Origin: an uncultured Verrucomicrobiae bacterium
GTDB taxonomy: Bacteria; Verrucomicrobiota; Verrucomicrobiia; Chthoniobacterales; Chthoniobacteraceae
DNA length: 64,000 bases
Assembly: GCA_963836755.1 (NCBI GenBank)
Contig: CAWIKF010000001.1
Location: 32,001-96,000, forward strand
Reading direction: 5' to 3'
Shown here: positions 1-9,354 of the stretch, piece by piece
Position numbering within the stretch: position 1 is the first letter of the stretch
Layout of the letters: each line of letters starts with the position of its first letter
The notes under the pieces: model-generated
Database searches by the model: none
What the model was told of the DNA's origin: nothing
Seen by the model: the letters and a program-made list of their open reading frames with translations, nothing else
Made by a program: the position numbers and the translations under genes

Positions 1-2
1 AA

Positions 3-1004
3 ATCGGCCGCGGCATCTGCCAGCATCTCCGCCACAGCTCCGGGTTTTTGCGCGCGGATTTTTTCATCGATCCCGATCTCGTCGAGGCGTGCGGCCTCGC
101 CCACGACATCGGCCATCCGCCCTTCGGCCACGCCGGCGAAACCGCGCTTCACGAATGCATGCGCGCGCACGGCGGATTCGAGGGAAACGCGCAAACGCTG
201 AGGATTTTGACGAGCCTCATTTTCGGCATCGATGGCGGGATGAAGCCGACGCGCGCGCTGCTCGACGGCGTTCTGAAATACAAATGCTTGTTCAGTGAAC
301 AGAAAGCCGAATCCGCGAAGTTTCTCTATCCCGAGCAGGCGGAAATCGTCGCGTGGGTCCTCGACGGCGGCGACGAAAATTTGCGCAGCATCGAATGCCA
401 GATCATGGATTGGGCCGACGACGTCGCCTACGGCCTCATGGACATCGTCGACGGCGTGAACGCAAATTTCATCACGCTCGATCGCATCGAACGCTGGCGC
501 CGCACGCAGCCGACGAGCGATTTCGAGAATGAAATCCTCGATGAACTTTGCACCGTGATGCGCGAGGGGAAACTCGACCGCGTCTTTGCGCGGCGCGTCG
601 GCGATTGCATCTGCGCGACCAAACTTTCACGCCATGAAAATGGGCTGAGCGTCCGCACAAACCGCCACGCATATGCGCTGCAAATCGACGAGGTGCAGCG
701 GACGCGGATCAAATTTTACAAGCGTCTCGCCGTTGAACTGATCTTCCGGACGCCGCAGATCAAACAGCTCGAATTCAAAGGCCGCCGCATTCTCACGGAA
801 CTTTTCCGCGCGCTGCTCGAAAACTATGAGCAGCCGTCGCCGGCGAGTCTGCTGCCGCCGGAGATCGAGGCGAAAGTCGCCGCCGATTCCGCGCCGCGCG
901 AACGCATCCTGTGCGACTATCTTTCGGCGATGACCGACGCCGGCGTCATTCGGATTTATCGCCGCCTTTTCGATCCCGAGTTCGGCTCGATCCTCGATCT
1001 TTAA
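3..1004 (+). CDS. dgt: Deoxyguanosinetriphosphate triphosphohydrolase (HD-domain dGTPase), 5'-truncated by the window edge
   Basis: Motifs LAHDIGHPPFGHAGE, GFEGNAQTLRILT, QIMDWADDVAY and C-terminal CDYLSAMTD; frame is open back to position 3. Confidence 0.9.
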   Translation: MGRGICQHLRHSSGFLRADFFIDPDLVEACGLAHDIGHPPFGHAGETALHECMRAHGGFEGNAQTLRILTSLIFGIDGGMKPTRALLDGVLKYKCLFSEQKAESAKFLYPEQAEIVAWVLDGGDENLRSIECQIMDWADDVAYGLMDIVDGVNANFITLDRIERWRRTQPTSDFENEILDELCTVMREGKLDRVFARRVGDCICATKLSRHENGLSVRTNRHAYALQIDEVQRTRIKFYKRLAVELIFRTPQIKQLEFKGRRILTELFRALLENYEQPSPASLLPPEIEAKVAADSAPRERILCDYLSAMTDAGVIRIYRRLFDPEFGSILDL

Positions 1005-1912
1005 TCAACAGCGCGCCGCAGCCAGATTGATTTCAAATATTGCTCGCCGCGGAAATCCGGCGGCATCGGAGCGCTCCTCATTTTCCACTGCTCCGGGCGC
1101 GCCAATCCCGTGCGGATCAAGCTCTGGAAAGCCTCCGGCGTCAAAGTCCGCTGATTCGTGGAGCAAAAAATCGTGCCGCTCGGCGTGAGATTTTTTTCCG
1201 CGAGCCGCACCAGTTCCGCGAAGTCGGACTCGACGCGAAATACGCGCCCCTTTTCATTGCGTGAGAAAGTCGGCGGGTCGAGAATGATGAGGTCGAAGCG
1301 GCGTCCTTTGCGCGCAAAACGTTCCATCCAGCTTGCGACGTCGCCGTGCAGAAATTGATGCCCGCTCTGCTCAATGTTATTGGAGTCATAGTTTCGCCTG
1401 CCCCACGCGAGATAGTTTTTCGACAGATCGACATTGACCGTTTCCGCTCCACCGAGCGCCGCGCTCACGCCAAAGGCGCAGGTGTAGGCGAAGCAATTCA
1501 AGACGCTCATCCCGCGCGCCATTTCGCGAACCGCCTGGCGGTTGTCGCGCTGGTCGAGAAAAATTCCCTGCGAAGCGCCGGCGGCAAAGTCGATTTCGAA
1601 CTGCGCGCCGTTCTCGCGGATCAAAAACGGCGCATCGATTTTCTCGCCGCCGATCCAGCTCGGCGCAGCATTCTCCCCAAGTTTTTTCCAGTAAATCGCG
1701 AGCGGATCTTTAACGTCGCGCAACCACTCTGGGAATTTCGTTCCGCGCGTTTGCACGAGCCAGCGCCCGGCGAAGTCGTCGATTTCCAAATCTTCAAAAT
1801 CATCCCCGCGTCCGTCCACAATGCGCCAAGCATCGGTATGCGCGCGATTCGCTGCGCGCTTCGCCAAGGCGCGGCCGAGCCGCTCGAACATGGATTGCAA
1901 TCTTTCGGTCAC
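1001..1912 (-). CDS. Class I SAM-dependent rRNA methyltransferase (RlmI/RlmK-like)
   Basis: GIFLDQRDNR, VLNCFAYTCAFGV, VDLSKNYL, FDLIILDPPTFS motifs. Confidence 0.85.
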   Translation of the reverse strand: MTERLQSMFERLGRALAKRAANRAHTDAWRIVDGRGDDFEDLEIDDFAGRWLVQTRGTKFPEWLRDVKDPLAIYWKKLGENAAPSWIGGEKIDAPFLIRENGAQFEIDFAAGASQGIFLDQRDNRQAVREMARGMSVLNCFAYTCAFGVSAALGGAETVNVDLSKNYLAWGRRNYDSNNIEQSGHQFLHGDVASWMERFARKGRRFDLIILDPPTFSRNEKGRVFRVESDFAELVRLAEKNLTPSGTIFCSTNQRTLTPEAFQSLIRTGLARPEQWKMRSAPMPPDFRGEQYLKSIWLRRAVD

Positions 1913-1931
1913 CTCTTAAAATTCGCGACGT

Positions 1932-3893
1932 ATGAGTAATCTCACGCTCGATTTAGACGGCGCGGTCGCGATGGGCAAGCTGCTCGAAAGCAGCGCCAAA
2001 AACATCACGCAGCTTCTCGCGCGCAGCAGCTCGCCGGTGGATCGCGAAAGCATCGACGAGCTCGTCGCCGCGGGCGAGTGGGCCGAACTCAACGACCGTT
2101 TTTTCCGCACGCTTGCGTTTGGCACCGGCGGATTGCGCGGACGCACGATCGGCAAGGTCGTCACCGCCGCCGAGCGCGGCACGCCGCAGGCGCTCGGTCG
2201 TCCGGAGTTTCCATGCGTCGGCACGAACGCGATGAACTATTTCAACATCAGCCGCGCCACGCAGGGCTTGATCGCTTATTTAAAAGAATGGTTCTCTCGC
2301 GAAAATCGCGACGGCATTCCGAAAATCGCCATCGCGCATGACACGCGATATTTTTCGCGCGAGTTCGCGGAGCTCGCTGCAAAAGTCGCCACGGAAAACG
2401 GCTGCGACGCCGCGCTCTTCGAGGCGCCGCGCTCGACGCCGGAGCTTTCCTTCGCGGTCCGGCACATCGGCGCGCACGCCGGCGTGGTGCTGACCGCGAG
2501 CCACAATCCGCCGCATGACAACGGCTTCAAATGCTATTTCGCCGACGGTGCGCAAGTCGTGGAGCCGCACGCGAGCCGCATCATCGCAAAAGTTAACGCC
2601 ATCGAATCCGACCTCTATGAAGCGCTCCCGAAATCGGCACAGGGCGCGCTCGAAGTGCTCGGCGAGAAACTTGACGAAGCCTACATGGCGCGACTCGAGA
2701 CGCTCGTGCTCGACCCGGAGATGGTAAAAAACAACGACTTGCGCATTGTTTACACATCGATTCACGGGACCGGCGGTGTGATCATCAAGCCAATGCTGCG
2801 AAAGCTCGGTTTCGACTCCTCCGTCGTGCCCGAGCAGGACGGCTTCGACGGCCGCTTCCCAACCGTCAAATCTCCGAATCCCGAAAACGCCGAGGCGTTG
2901 AAAATGGCCATCGATCTCGCGAAAAAAGTCGCCGCCGACCTGGTGATCGCGACCGATCCCGATTGCGATCGGATGGGCGTCGCGGTGCGCACGACCTCGG
3001 GCGAAATGAAACTCCTCAGCGGAAACCAAATCGGTTCGCTGATGGCGTATTATCGGGCGCGGACACTTTTCGAGCGCGGAATTTTGACGCGCGAGAATGC
3101 GAGCCGCGGCGTGATTATCAAAACTTTTGTCACCACGGATTTGCAAAAAGCCATCGCGCAAAAGTTGGGATTGCGCTGCGTCGAGACGCTCACCGGTTTC
3201 AAATACATCGGCGAAAAACTTGGCAAATACGAAAGGGCACTTCCGCCGGCGGAGCGTGACAATTACTGCTCGCGCGATGAGGCTGAAACCCGCGCGAATC
3301 GGCTTCAGCACTCGAGTTTTTACGTTTTTGGCGGCGAGGAAAGTTATGGCTACAGCGGCGCCGATTTCGTTCGCGACAAGGATGGAAACGGTGCGGCCGT
3401 GATGTTCGCCGAAGTCGCGGCATACGCAAAATCGCGCGGGCTGACGCTCGATCAATTGCTCGATGAAGTTTTCGCGGAGTTTGGTTTTTACGCGGAAAAA
3501 AACGGAGCGCTCACTTTTGAAGGCGCGGAAGGCGCGGCGAAAATCCAGCAACTCGTGCAATCGTATGCCGCGAATCCGCCGCAGCAGCTCGACGGCGCGA
3601 CGGTGCGCGGCTTGAAAAATTTTGCAGAGGAAAAGTTTTACGATGCGGAGGGCGACGAAATTCCGTCGGAGAAAATGTTGATGATCGAATTGGAAGATGG
3701 CCGCCGCGCCGCGGTTCGGCCGTCGGGCACGGAGCCGAAAATTAAGTTCTACCTTTTCGCGCATCGCGAGCCGCCGGCCGGTCGCAACTTTTCTGCGGAC
3801 GAACTCGTGAATGTGAAGGAGCAGGTGGCGAGCTCGCTCGATTCATTGTGGAGCGCGATTCAATCGGACGCAGACGCGCGCGTGCAGGGCTGA
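1932..3893 (+). CDS. Phosphoglucomutase/phosphomannomutase family protein
   Basis: FGTGGLRG, TASHNP (phosphoserine loop), DPDCDR (metal loop), GEES, RPSGTEPKIK. Confidence 0.95.
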   Translation: MSNLTLDLDGAVAMGKLLESSAKNITQLLARSSSPVDRESIDELVAAGEWAELNDRFFRTLAFGTGGLRGRTIGKVVTAAERGTPQALGRPEFPCVGTNAMNYFNISRATQGLIAYLKEWFSRENRDGIPKIAIAHDTRYFSREFAELAAKVATENGCDAALFEAPRSTPELSFAVRHIGAHAGVVLTASHNPPHDNGFKCYFADGAQVVEPHASRIIAKVNAIESDLYEALPKSAQGALEVLGEKLDEAYMARLETLVLDPEMVKNNDLRIVYTSIHGTGGVIIKPMLRKLGFDSSVVPEQDGFDGRFPTVKSPNPENAEALKMAIDLAKKVAADLVIATDPDCDRMGVAVRTTSGEMKLLSGNQIGSLMAYYRARTLFERGILTRENASRGVIIKTFVTTDLQKAIAQKLGLRCVETLTGFKYIGEKLGKYERALPPAERDNYCSRDEAETRANRLQHSSFYVFGGEESYGYSGADFVRDKDGNGAAVMFAEVAAYAKSRGLTLDQLLDEVFAEFGFYAEKNGALTFEGAEGAAKIQQLVQSYAANPPQQLDGATVRGLKNFAEEKFYDAEGDEIPSEKMLMIELEDGRRAAVRPSGTEPKIKFYLFAHREPPAGRNFSADELVNVKEQVASSLDSLWSAIQSDADARVQG

Positions 3894-3909
3894 GTGCGTT
3901 TGATTTTAC

Positions 3910-4221
3910 ATGTCACTCGAAATCCATCTCGACGGCGGCGAAGTGCAGATGATCAAGGCACTCGGCACGAGCGGCTCAAATGTCGATGGCGAGACGCTGA
4001 TCGAGCGCGTGAGCGGCGTGGAGGAGGCTGAGTTTATCGACACGCTGCAGGGGCTCATCACGATGGGATATGTGCTCACGGACAAAAATTCGCTGCATTC
4101 TTATGAGGACGTGAAGCACGGGACTTTTCACGTCAATTCCGGCTATGCAAAGGCGCTTCGCGAAGCCGTCGATCCGCGTTTTCGCCCGCAGACAAAAAGC
4201 CGGCGCGTGCGTCGCGAATGA
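3910..4221 (+). CDS. Small hypothetical protein, possibly winged-helix-like
   Basis: Clean ORF with host-like codon usage; stop overlaps the lnt start (ATGA). Confidence 0.7.
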   Translation: MSLEIHLDGGEVQMIKALGTSGSNVDGETLIERVSGVEEAEFIDTLQGLITMGYVLTDKNSLHSYEDVKHGTFHVNSGYAKALREAVDPRFRPQTKSRRVRRE

Positions 4222-5849
4222 CCGCCACGGCTGCGGAACGCCGCACGCCGTGGGGACGTTGCAAAGAGCTTTGGCCGTGGCTCGCGGCCACGTTCAGCGG
4301 CGTGTCGCTCGCGCTCTGCTATCCGCGTTTCGACCAATCCTGGCTTTGCTGGATCGCGCTCACGCCGCTCATTTGCGCCGTCTGGTTTTCGCGCCCGCCA
4401 GCGCGTCGTTGCTGGTTGCGCAACGTTGCTCTCGGTCAGCTCACGGGCATGGTTTTTTTTTCGATCACCTTCGGCTGGCTGAGTTCTCTCGGGACTTTAT
4501 TTGAAAATTTCTGGCTGCACCTTTTGCCGGAGCTGCTTTCAGTTTACCTCGCGCTTTTTTTTGCGTTTTGGTCGTGGTTCCTCGGCTTACTGCGCGCGCA
4601 AAATTTCCTGAGTTCCTCGCGAAATTTGGGCATCGGCTTTTTGGGAGCAAGCGGGTGGGTCGCGCAGGAATGGACGCGCGGCTGGCTCTTCAGCGGTTTC
4701 GGCTGGAATGGGCTTGGCGTGGCGCTTCACGCAGATTTGGCGATGATCCAGATCACGGAATTTACCGGCGTCAGCGGCATCTCATTTCTCATCGCGTTTT
4801 CAAACGTGATGGCGGTGATTATCGCGCGGCGCATCATCGCGGAAGCCGGTCCCGGATTCTTAAAAAAGTTCCGCTGGGAGTTCAGCGTTTCCGTCGGACT
4901 CATCGTGCTCGTTTTCGCATTCGGCGTGCGCGCGCTTTTGCATCCAGCGAATGAAAAGACGGTCACGCTGCGCGTCGCTGCCGTGCAGCCGGACATCCCG
5001 CAACTGGTTAAATTCGAGTCGCGTTCGGAGCAAAGTTTCGCGCGCGCCGAGGGCGAAATTTTCCGCCAGCTCGACACGCTCACGATGTTCGCCGCGGCGT
5101 CTCAGCCGCAGCTTTTGCTTTGGCCTGAATCTGCGACGCCGCGCGGCATGTTTGGCGACGAGGTGAATTTTAGTTTCGTGCAAAAAGAAGCGCAGCGTGG
5201 CGATTTCGGTCTTCTGCTCGGCACGCTCGATTCTGATTTGCAACGCCAGGAGGATTACAACGTTGCGACGCTGCTGACGCATCGCGGCGAGGATGTTCAG
5301 ACGTATCGAAAAATGCATCTCGTTCCCTTCGGTGAATACCTGCCGCTGCGGCACGTGTTTCCGCTTTTCGCGCTGGTCGCGGGCCAGCTTGTGCCCGCGG
5401 ATTTCACGCCGGGTCGCGAATACACGTTGCTTCAACTTCCGTCGCCGGATGTAAAACTTGCGGCACTGATTTGTTTTGAGGACACCGTCGGCGACCTCGC
5501 GCGTCGGTTTGTTCGCCGCGGCGCGCAATTGCTCGTAAACATCACGAATGACGGCTGGTTTTTGCGCACGGCCGGAGCGGAGCAGCATCTGGCGAATGCG
5601 GTTTTCCGCGCGGTGGAAAATCGGCGGCCGCTGGTGCGCTGTGCCAATACCGGGGCGACTTGCTCGGTCGATTCGTTCGGCCGCGTTTCGCTTTGGCTGA
5701 AATATTTTGAGCGAGGATTTGCTACGCGCGAAATGCAGGTGCCCGTGCAATCGACGCTGACGTTTTACACGCTTCACGGCGAAGTTTTCGCGGTCTTGTG
5801 TGCCTGTGTGACAGGGGTCTACTTGCTCTCGCGGATCAAAGTTCGATGA
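4218..5849 (+). CDS. lnt: Apolipoprotein N-acyltransferase
   Basis: N-terminal transmembrane segments plus nitrilase triad motifs WPES, YRKMHLVPFGEY, ICFED, and NITNDGWF. Confidence 0.95.
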   Translation: MTATAAERRTPWGRCKELWPWLAATFSGVSLALCYPRFDQSWLCWIALTPLICAVWFSRPPARRCWLRNVALGQLTGMVFFSITFGWLSSLGTLFENFWLHLLPELLSVYLALFFAFWSWFLGLLRAQNFLSSSRNLGIGFLGASGWVAQEWTRGWLFSGFGWNGLGVALHADLAMIQITEFTGVSGISFLIAFSNVMAVIIARRIIAEAGPGFLKKFRWEFSVSVGLIVLVFAFGVRALLHPANEKTVTLRVAAVQPDIPQLVKFESRSEQSFARAEGEIFRQLDTLTMFAAASQPQLLLWPESATPRGMFGDEVNFSFVQKEAQRGDFGLLLGTLDSDLQRQEDYNVATLLTHRGEDVQTYRKMHLVPFGEYLPLRHVFPLFALVAGQLVPADFTPGREYTLLQLPSPDVKLAALICFEDTVGDLARRFVRRGAQLLVNITNDGWFLRTAGAEQHLANAVFRAVENRRPLVRCANTGATCSVDSFGRVSLWLKYFERGFATREMQVPVQSTLTFYTLHGEVFAVLCACVTGVYLLSRIKVR

Positions 5850-6595
5850 AGAGTCTGGTCGTTTCGTTGCACGACGTTTCGCCGCTTTCGCAAGAGGCCT
5901 GCGATAAGATTTTACGGGAATTACACGCGCTCGGCGTGCGGCAGACATCGCTGCTCGTGGTGCCCGATCATCATCATCGCGCGCCTTTTTTGCACCGGCC
6001 GGAATTTTGCTCGTGGCTGGAGGCGCAGCACGCGAAGGGGCATGAAATGGTCATTCACGGTTACTTTCACCAGCGCGCGCGGCGCGGCGGCGAGACAGCG
6101 CGCGCGAAATTTTTCACCCGTTTTTACACGGCGGATGAAGGTGAATTTTACGACATCAGCGAACCCGACGCGCATGAGTTGGTGCGAAAAGCCCGCTACG
6201 AATTTGCGCAGCTCGGACTGCATCCTGTCGGCTTCATCGCGCCGGCGTGGCTTTTAAGCAGCGCCGCGGAGAATGCGCTGCGCGCGCTGCAGCTCGCCTA
6301 CACGACGCGGCTCGGGACGGTGAATGATTTAAAAAACGGCCGCGTTCATCATTCGCAATCGCTCGTCTGGAGCGTGCGCAGCGGCTGGCGGCGCGCAATG
6401 AGCGTGCGTTGGAATGCCGCGCTGCATCAGCGTTTGCGGGCAAATCCGCTTTTGCGCCTGAGCATTCATCCGCCGGATTTTTCGCACGCGAAAATCCGCG
6501 AGCAGATCCGCGCGCTTATTTCCCGCGCGCTTGCAGACCGCAAGGCGATCACCTATCACGACTGGGTCGCCGGGACGCGCGACTCCTCCTCATGA
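5846..6595 (+). CDS. DUF2334 / polysaccharide deacetylase-like protein
   Basis: VVSLHDVSP, IHGYFH, GFIAPAW, RLSIHP motifs; ATG at 5846 overlaps the lnt stop. Confidence 0.8.
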   Translation: MKSLVVSLHDVSPLSQEACDKILRELHALGVRQTSLLVVPDHHHRAPFLHRPEFCSWLEAQHAKGHEMVIHGYFHQRARRGGETARAKFFTRFYTADEGEFYDISEPDAHELVRKARYEFAQLGLHPVGFIAPAWLLSSAAENALRALQLAYTTRLGTVNDLKNGRVHHSQSLVWSVRSGWRRAMSVRWNAALHQRLRANPLLRLSIHPPDFSHAKIREQIRALISRALADRKAITYHDWVAGTRDSSS

Positions 6596-8994
6596 GTAAG
6601 GCCGATCTCCACATTCATTCGCGCTTCAGCGACCGCTCGGCGGAGTGGCTGCTGCGCCGTTTTGAATTTCCCGACAGCTACTCGGAGCCGCGCAAACTTT
6701 ACGCGGACCTGAAGGAGCGCGGCATGGATTTCGTCACGATCACCGACCACAACCGCATCGACGGCTGCCTCGAGATCGCCGAGCTGCCGGGCACGTTCAT
6801 CAGCGAGCAAATCACGACACTTTTTCCCGAGGATCGCTGCCCCGTGCATCTGCTCGTCTGGGGCTTGAGCGAGGCGCAGCACGTTGAGATGCAGGCGCTG
6901 CGCGAAAATATTTACGACCTGCAAAAATATCTCGCCGCCGCCGATCTCGCGCACGCGGTCGCGCATCCGCTTTACCGGCTCGAGGAAAAATTTTCGCGCA
7001 AGCATGTCGAAAAACTCGTGCTGCTTTTCCGCACTTTTGAAGGCGTGAATGGATTGCGCGACGCGCTGCTGAGCGACATCGCGCAGTTCGCTTTTGGAAA
7101 TTTGACGCGCGAAAAAATCGAGCAGCTCGCGGAGATTCATCGGCTCGAGCCGACGCACGCGGAACCGTGGCGAAAGACTTTCATCGGCGGCTCCGACGAC
7201 CATGGCGGGATTTATCCGGCGAGCGCGTGGACGGAGACGAAAAACTGCGCGAGCGCTGCGGAGTTTTTGGCGCGAATCAAGGCGGGGAGCTGTTCTGCGG
7301 GCGGCACGGCTGGAACGCCGCTGGCGCTTTCGCACGGGATTTACCAGACGCTTTACCGCTTCGCGTGCGAAAAGTTTTTGAAGTCGAGCGCGTCGAACTT
7401 TGGCCTCGTGGAAAAAGTTTTCTCGCGCTTCATGGAAGGGCGCGACCCGACAGAATTCAGCTTCACGGAAAAAATCGGTTTCCTCGCGCAGGGAATTGCG
7501 TCGGGGAAAATTTTCGAGCTGGCAAAGCCGGCGAACGTGTCGCTTTGGAAACAGCTCTCGAAGTATTTTTCGCAGACCGATGTGAAGAGCGCGCTGGCCG
7601 CGGAGACGAGCGGCGTGGCCGAGCCGGAGCGGCGCGCGTTCATCATCGCGAACACTTTTGCGAACCAGCTCGCGTTTCGGTTTTTCACGAAGTTCGTGAA
7701 GGAAATTTCGTCCGGGAATGTCATCGAAAGCATCCAGGACTTGAGCACGATCGCTCCGATTCTGGTGCTGCTCGCGCCTTACATTTACGCGTTTCAGAGC
7801 CAGTCGCCGTCGCGCAAATGGCTGCGAGAAATCTGCGACGACCTCGCCGGCTCGACGCCGCCGCAGTTGCAAAATAACAAGCGCGCGTGGTTCACCGACA
7901 CGCTCGAGGATGTCAACGGCGTGGCGAATACGATTCGCAAAATGACGGCGGCCGGCGTCGCGGCGGGGAAGGATCTGGTCGTCGTCACGTCGCGGTCTTC
8001 GATCCAGATCACGGACATTCCGATCAAGAATTTCCAGCCGGTCGGCGAGTTTGAGCTGCCGGAATACGAGCTGCAAAAGCTGAGCTTCCCGCCGATTTTG
8101 CCGATCATTGATTACATTCAGCGCGAAAAGTTCACCGAGGTCATCATCAGCACGCCGGGCCCGATCGGGCTCACGGCGCTGCTCGCGGCGAAGATGCTCG
8201 GCCTGCGCACGAGCGGGATTTACCACACCGATTTCCCGCAATACGTCCGCATCCTGACCGAGGACAGCTCGCTCGAGACGCTGACGTGGAATTACATGAA
8301 ATGGTTTTACGCGCAGCTCGACCTTTTCTACGTGAACTCCGCGCAGTATCGCGACTGCTGGATCGAGCGGGGAATTCCTGCGGAAAAAATCAAGATTTTG
8401 CCGCGCGGTCTCGACAATACTTTGTTCAACCCGGTGCGGCGTGACGAAAAAGTTCGGCGTGAATTCGGCGCGCGCAATGGCGAGGTCGTGCTGCTCTACG
8501 TCGGGCGCGTTTCAAAGGAAAAAGATCTCGCCGTGCTCGCCGCCGCCTACCACAAACTGCGCGAGCGGCAGGCGCATGTCCGGCTCGTGCTCGTCGGCGA
8601 CGGGCCGTATTTGAAAGAGCTGCGTGAAAGTTTGCCGGACGCGGTTTTCACCGGCTACCTGACCGGGCTCGATCTCGCGAAAGCCTTCGCGTCGGCGGAC
8701 GTTTTTGTTTTCCCGAGCACGACCGACACGTTCGGCAACGTGGTGCTCGAGGCGCTGGCGTCGGGCTTGCCGACGGTGGTTTCGGATCAAGGCGGGCCGC
8801 GCGAATTGATTCAGCACGGAGTGAATGGATTCATCACGCGGAGCCTCGATGTGAATGATTTCACGAGCGCGACGGAGCGGCTGATTGACGACGCGGCGCT
8901 GCGGGAAAAAATGCGCGTCAATGCGCGCCGCACGGTGCAGGAGCGCGATTGGTCGGCGGCGTTTGCGCAGTTCTGGCCGATGTCGGCGGAGTGA
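6592..8994 (+). CDS. PHP-domain + GT4 glycosyltransferase fusion
   Basis: N-terminal DLHIHSRFSD, TITDHN, GGSDDH (PHP); C-terminal YVGRVSKEK, FPSTTDTFGNVVLEALASGLP (GT4); ATG at 6592 overlaps the upstream stop. Confidence 0.9.
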   Translation: MSKADLHIHSRFSDRSAEWLLRRFEFPDSYSEPRKLYADLKERGMDFVTITDHNRIDGCLEIAELPGTFISEQITTLFPEDRCPVHLLVWGLSEAQHVEMQALRENIYDLQKYLAAADLAHAVAHPLYRLEEKFSRKHVEKLVLLFRTFEGVNGLRDALLSDIAQFAFGNLTREKIEQLAEIHRLEPTHAEPWRKTFIGGSDDHGGIYPASAWTETKNCASAAEFLARIKAGSCSAGGTAGTPLALSHGIYQTLYRFACEKFLKSSASNFGLVEKVFSRFMEGRDPTEFSFTEKIGFLAQGIASGKIFELAKPANVSLWKQLSKYFSQTDVKSALAAETSGVAEPERRAFIIANTFANQLAFRFFTKFVKEISSGNVIESIQDLSTIAPILVLLAPYIYAFQSQSPSRKWLREICDDLAGSTPPQLQNNKRAWFTDTLEDVNGVANTIRKMTAAGVAAGKDLVVVTSRSSIQITDIPIKNFQPVGEFELPEYELQKLSFPPILPIIDYIQREKFTEVIISTPGPIGLTALLAAKMLGLRTSGIYHTDFPQYVRILTEDSSLETLTWNYMKWFYAQLDLFYVNSAQYRDCWIERGIPAEKIKILPRGLDNTLFNPVRRDEKVRREFGARNGEVVLLYVGRVSKEKDLAVLAAAYHKLRERQAHVRLVLVGDGPYLKELRESLPDAVFTGYLTGLDLAKAFASADVFVFPSTTDTFGNVVLEALASGLPTVVSDQGGPRELIQHGVNGFITRSLDVNDFTSATERLIDDAALREKMRVNARRTVQERDWSAAFAQFWPMSAE

Positions 8995-9054
8995 TTGGGA
9001 GAGGTTTCCAGAGTAAAGTGTCGGCAACTGCGACAGTTTTTGCCTTTTTTCGCC

Positions 9055-9285
9055 CTCAGGAAGCCATTTCCTGAGGTCAGAAAGCCGCTTCGTAAGCCCA
9101 GAAAGTCATTTCCTGAGGACAAAAAGTCGTTGCCTGAGCTCGTGGAACGGCTTCATGAGCCTACGAAATGGTTTCGTAAGCTCAGGAAACCGTTTCCTGT
9201 GGCCATAAAGCCGTTTCGTAAGCCCGAAAACCAGCTGTTTGAGGTCAGGAAACGACTTTATGAGCTCAGGCAATGGCTTTCTGAG
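9055..9285. repeat. Intergenic tandem array of 11 degenerate 21-bp quasi-palindromic units (consensus about CTCAGGAAACCGTTTCCTGAG)
   Basis: Units in exact 21-bp register, e.g. CTCAGGAAGCCATTTCCTGAG (9055), CTCAGGAAACCGTTTCCTGTG (9181), CTCAGGCAATGGCTTTCTGAG (9265); lies between convergent genes. Confidence 0.9.
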
Positions 9286-9354
9286 CCGATCAAGCGGCAC
9301 CCTTTTTTAACAAAAAGCCGCTTTTCAACGACCGGAATGGCGCGAGGAACGGGG

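Noticed and set aside
3..1004. dGTPase as an antiphage defence gene
   Set aside because: Housekeeping neighbourhood and host-like codon usage; nothing visible supports a defence island
9055..9285. CRISPR array
   Set aside because: Units are contiguous and degenerate with no unique spacers; no cas genes in the window
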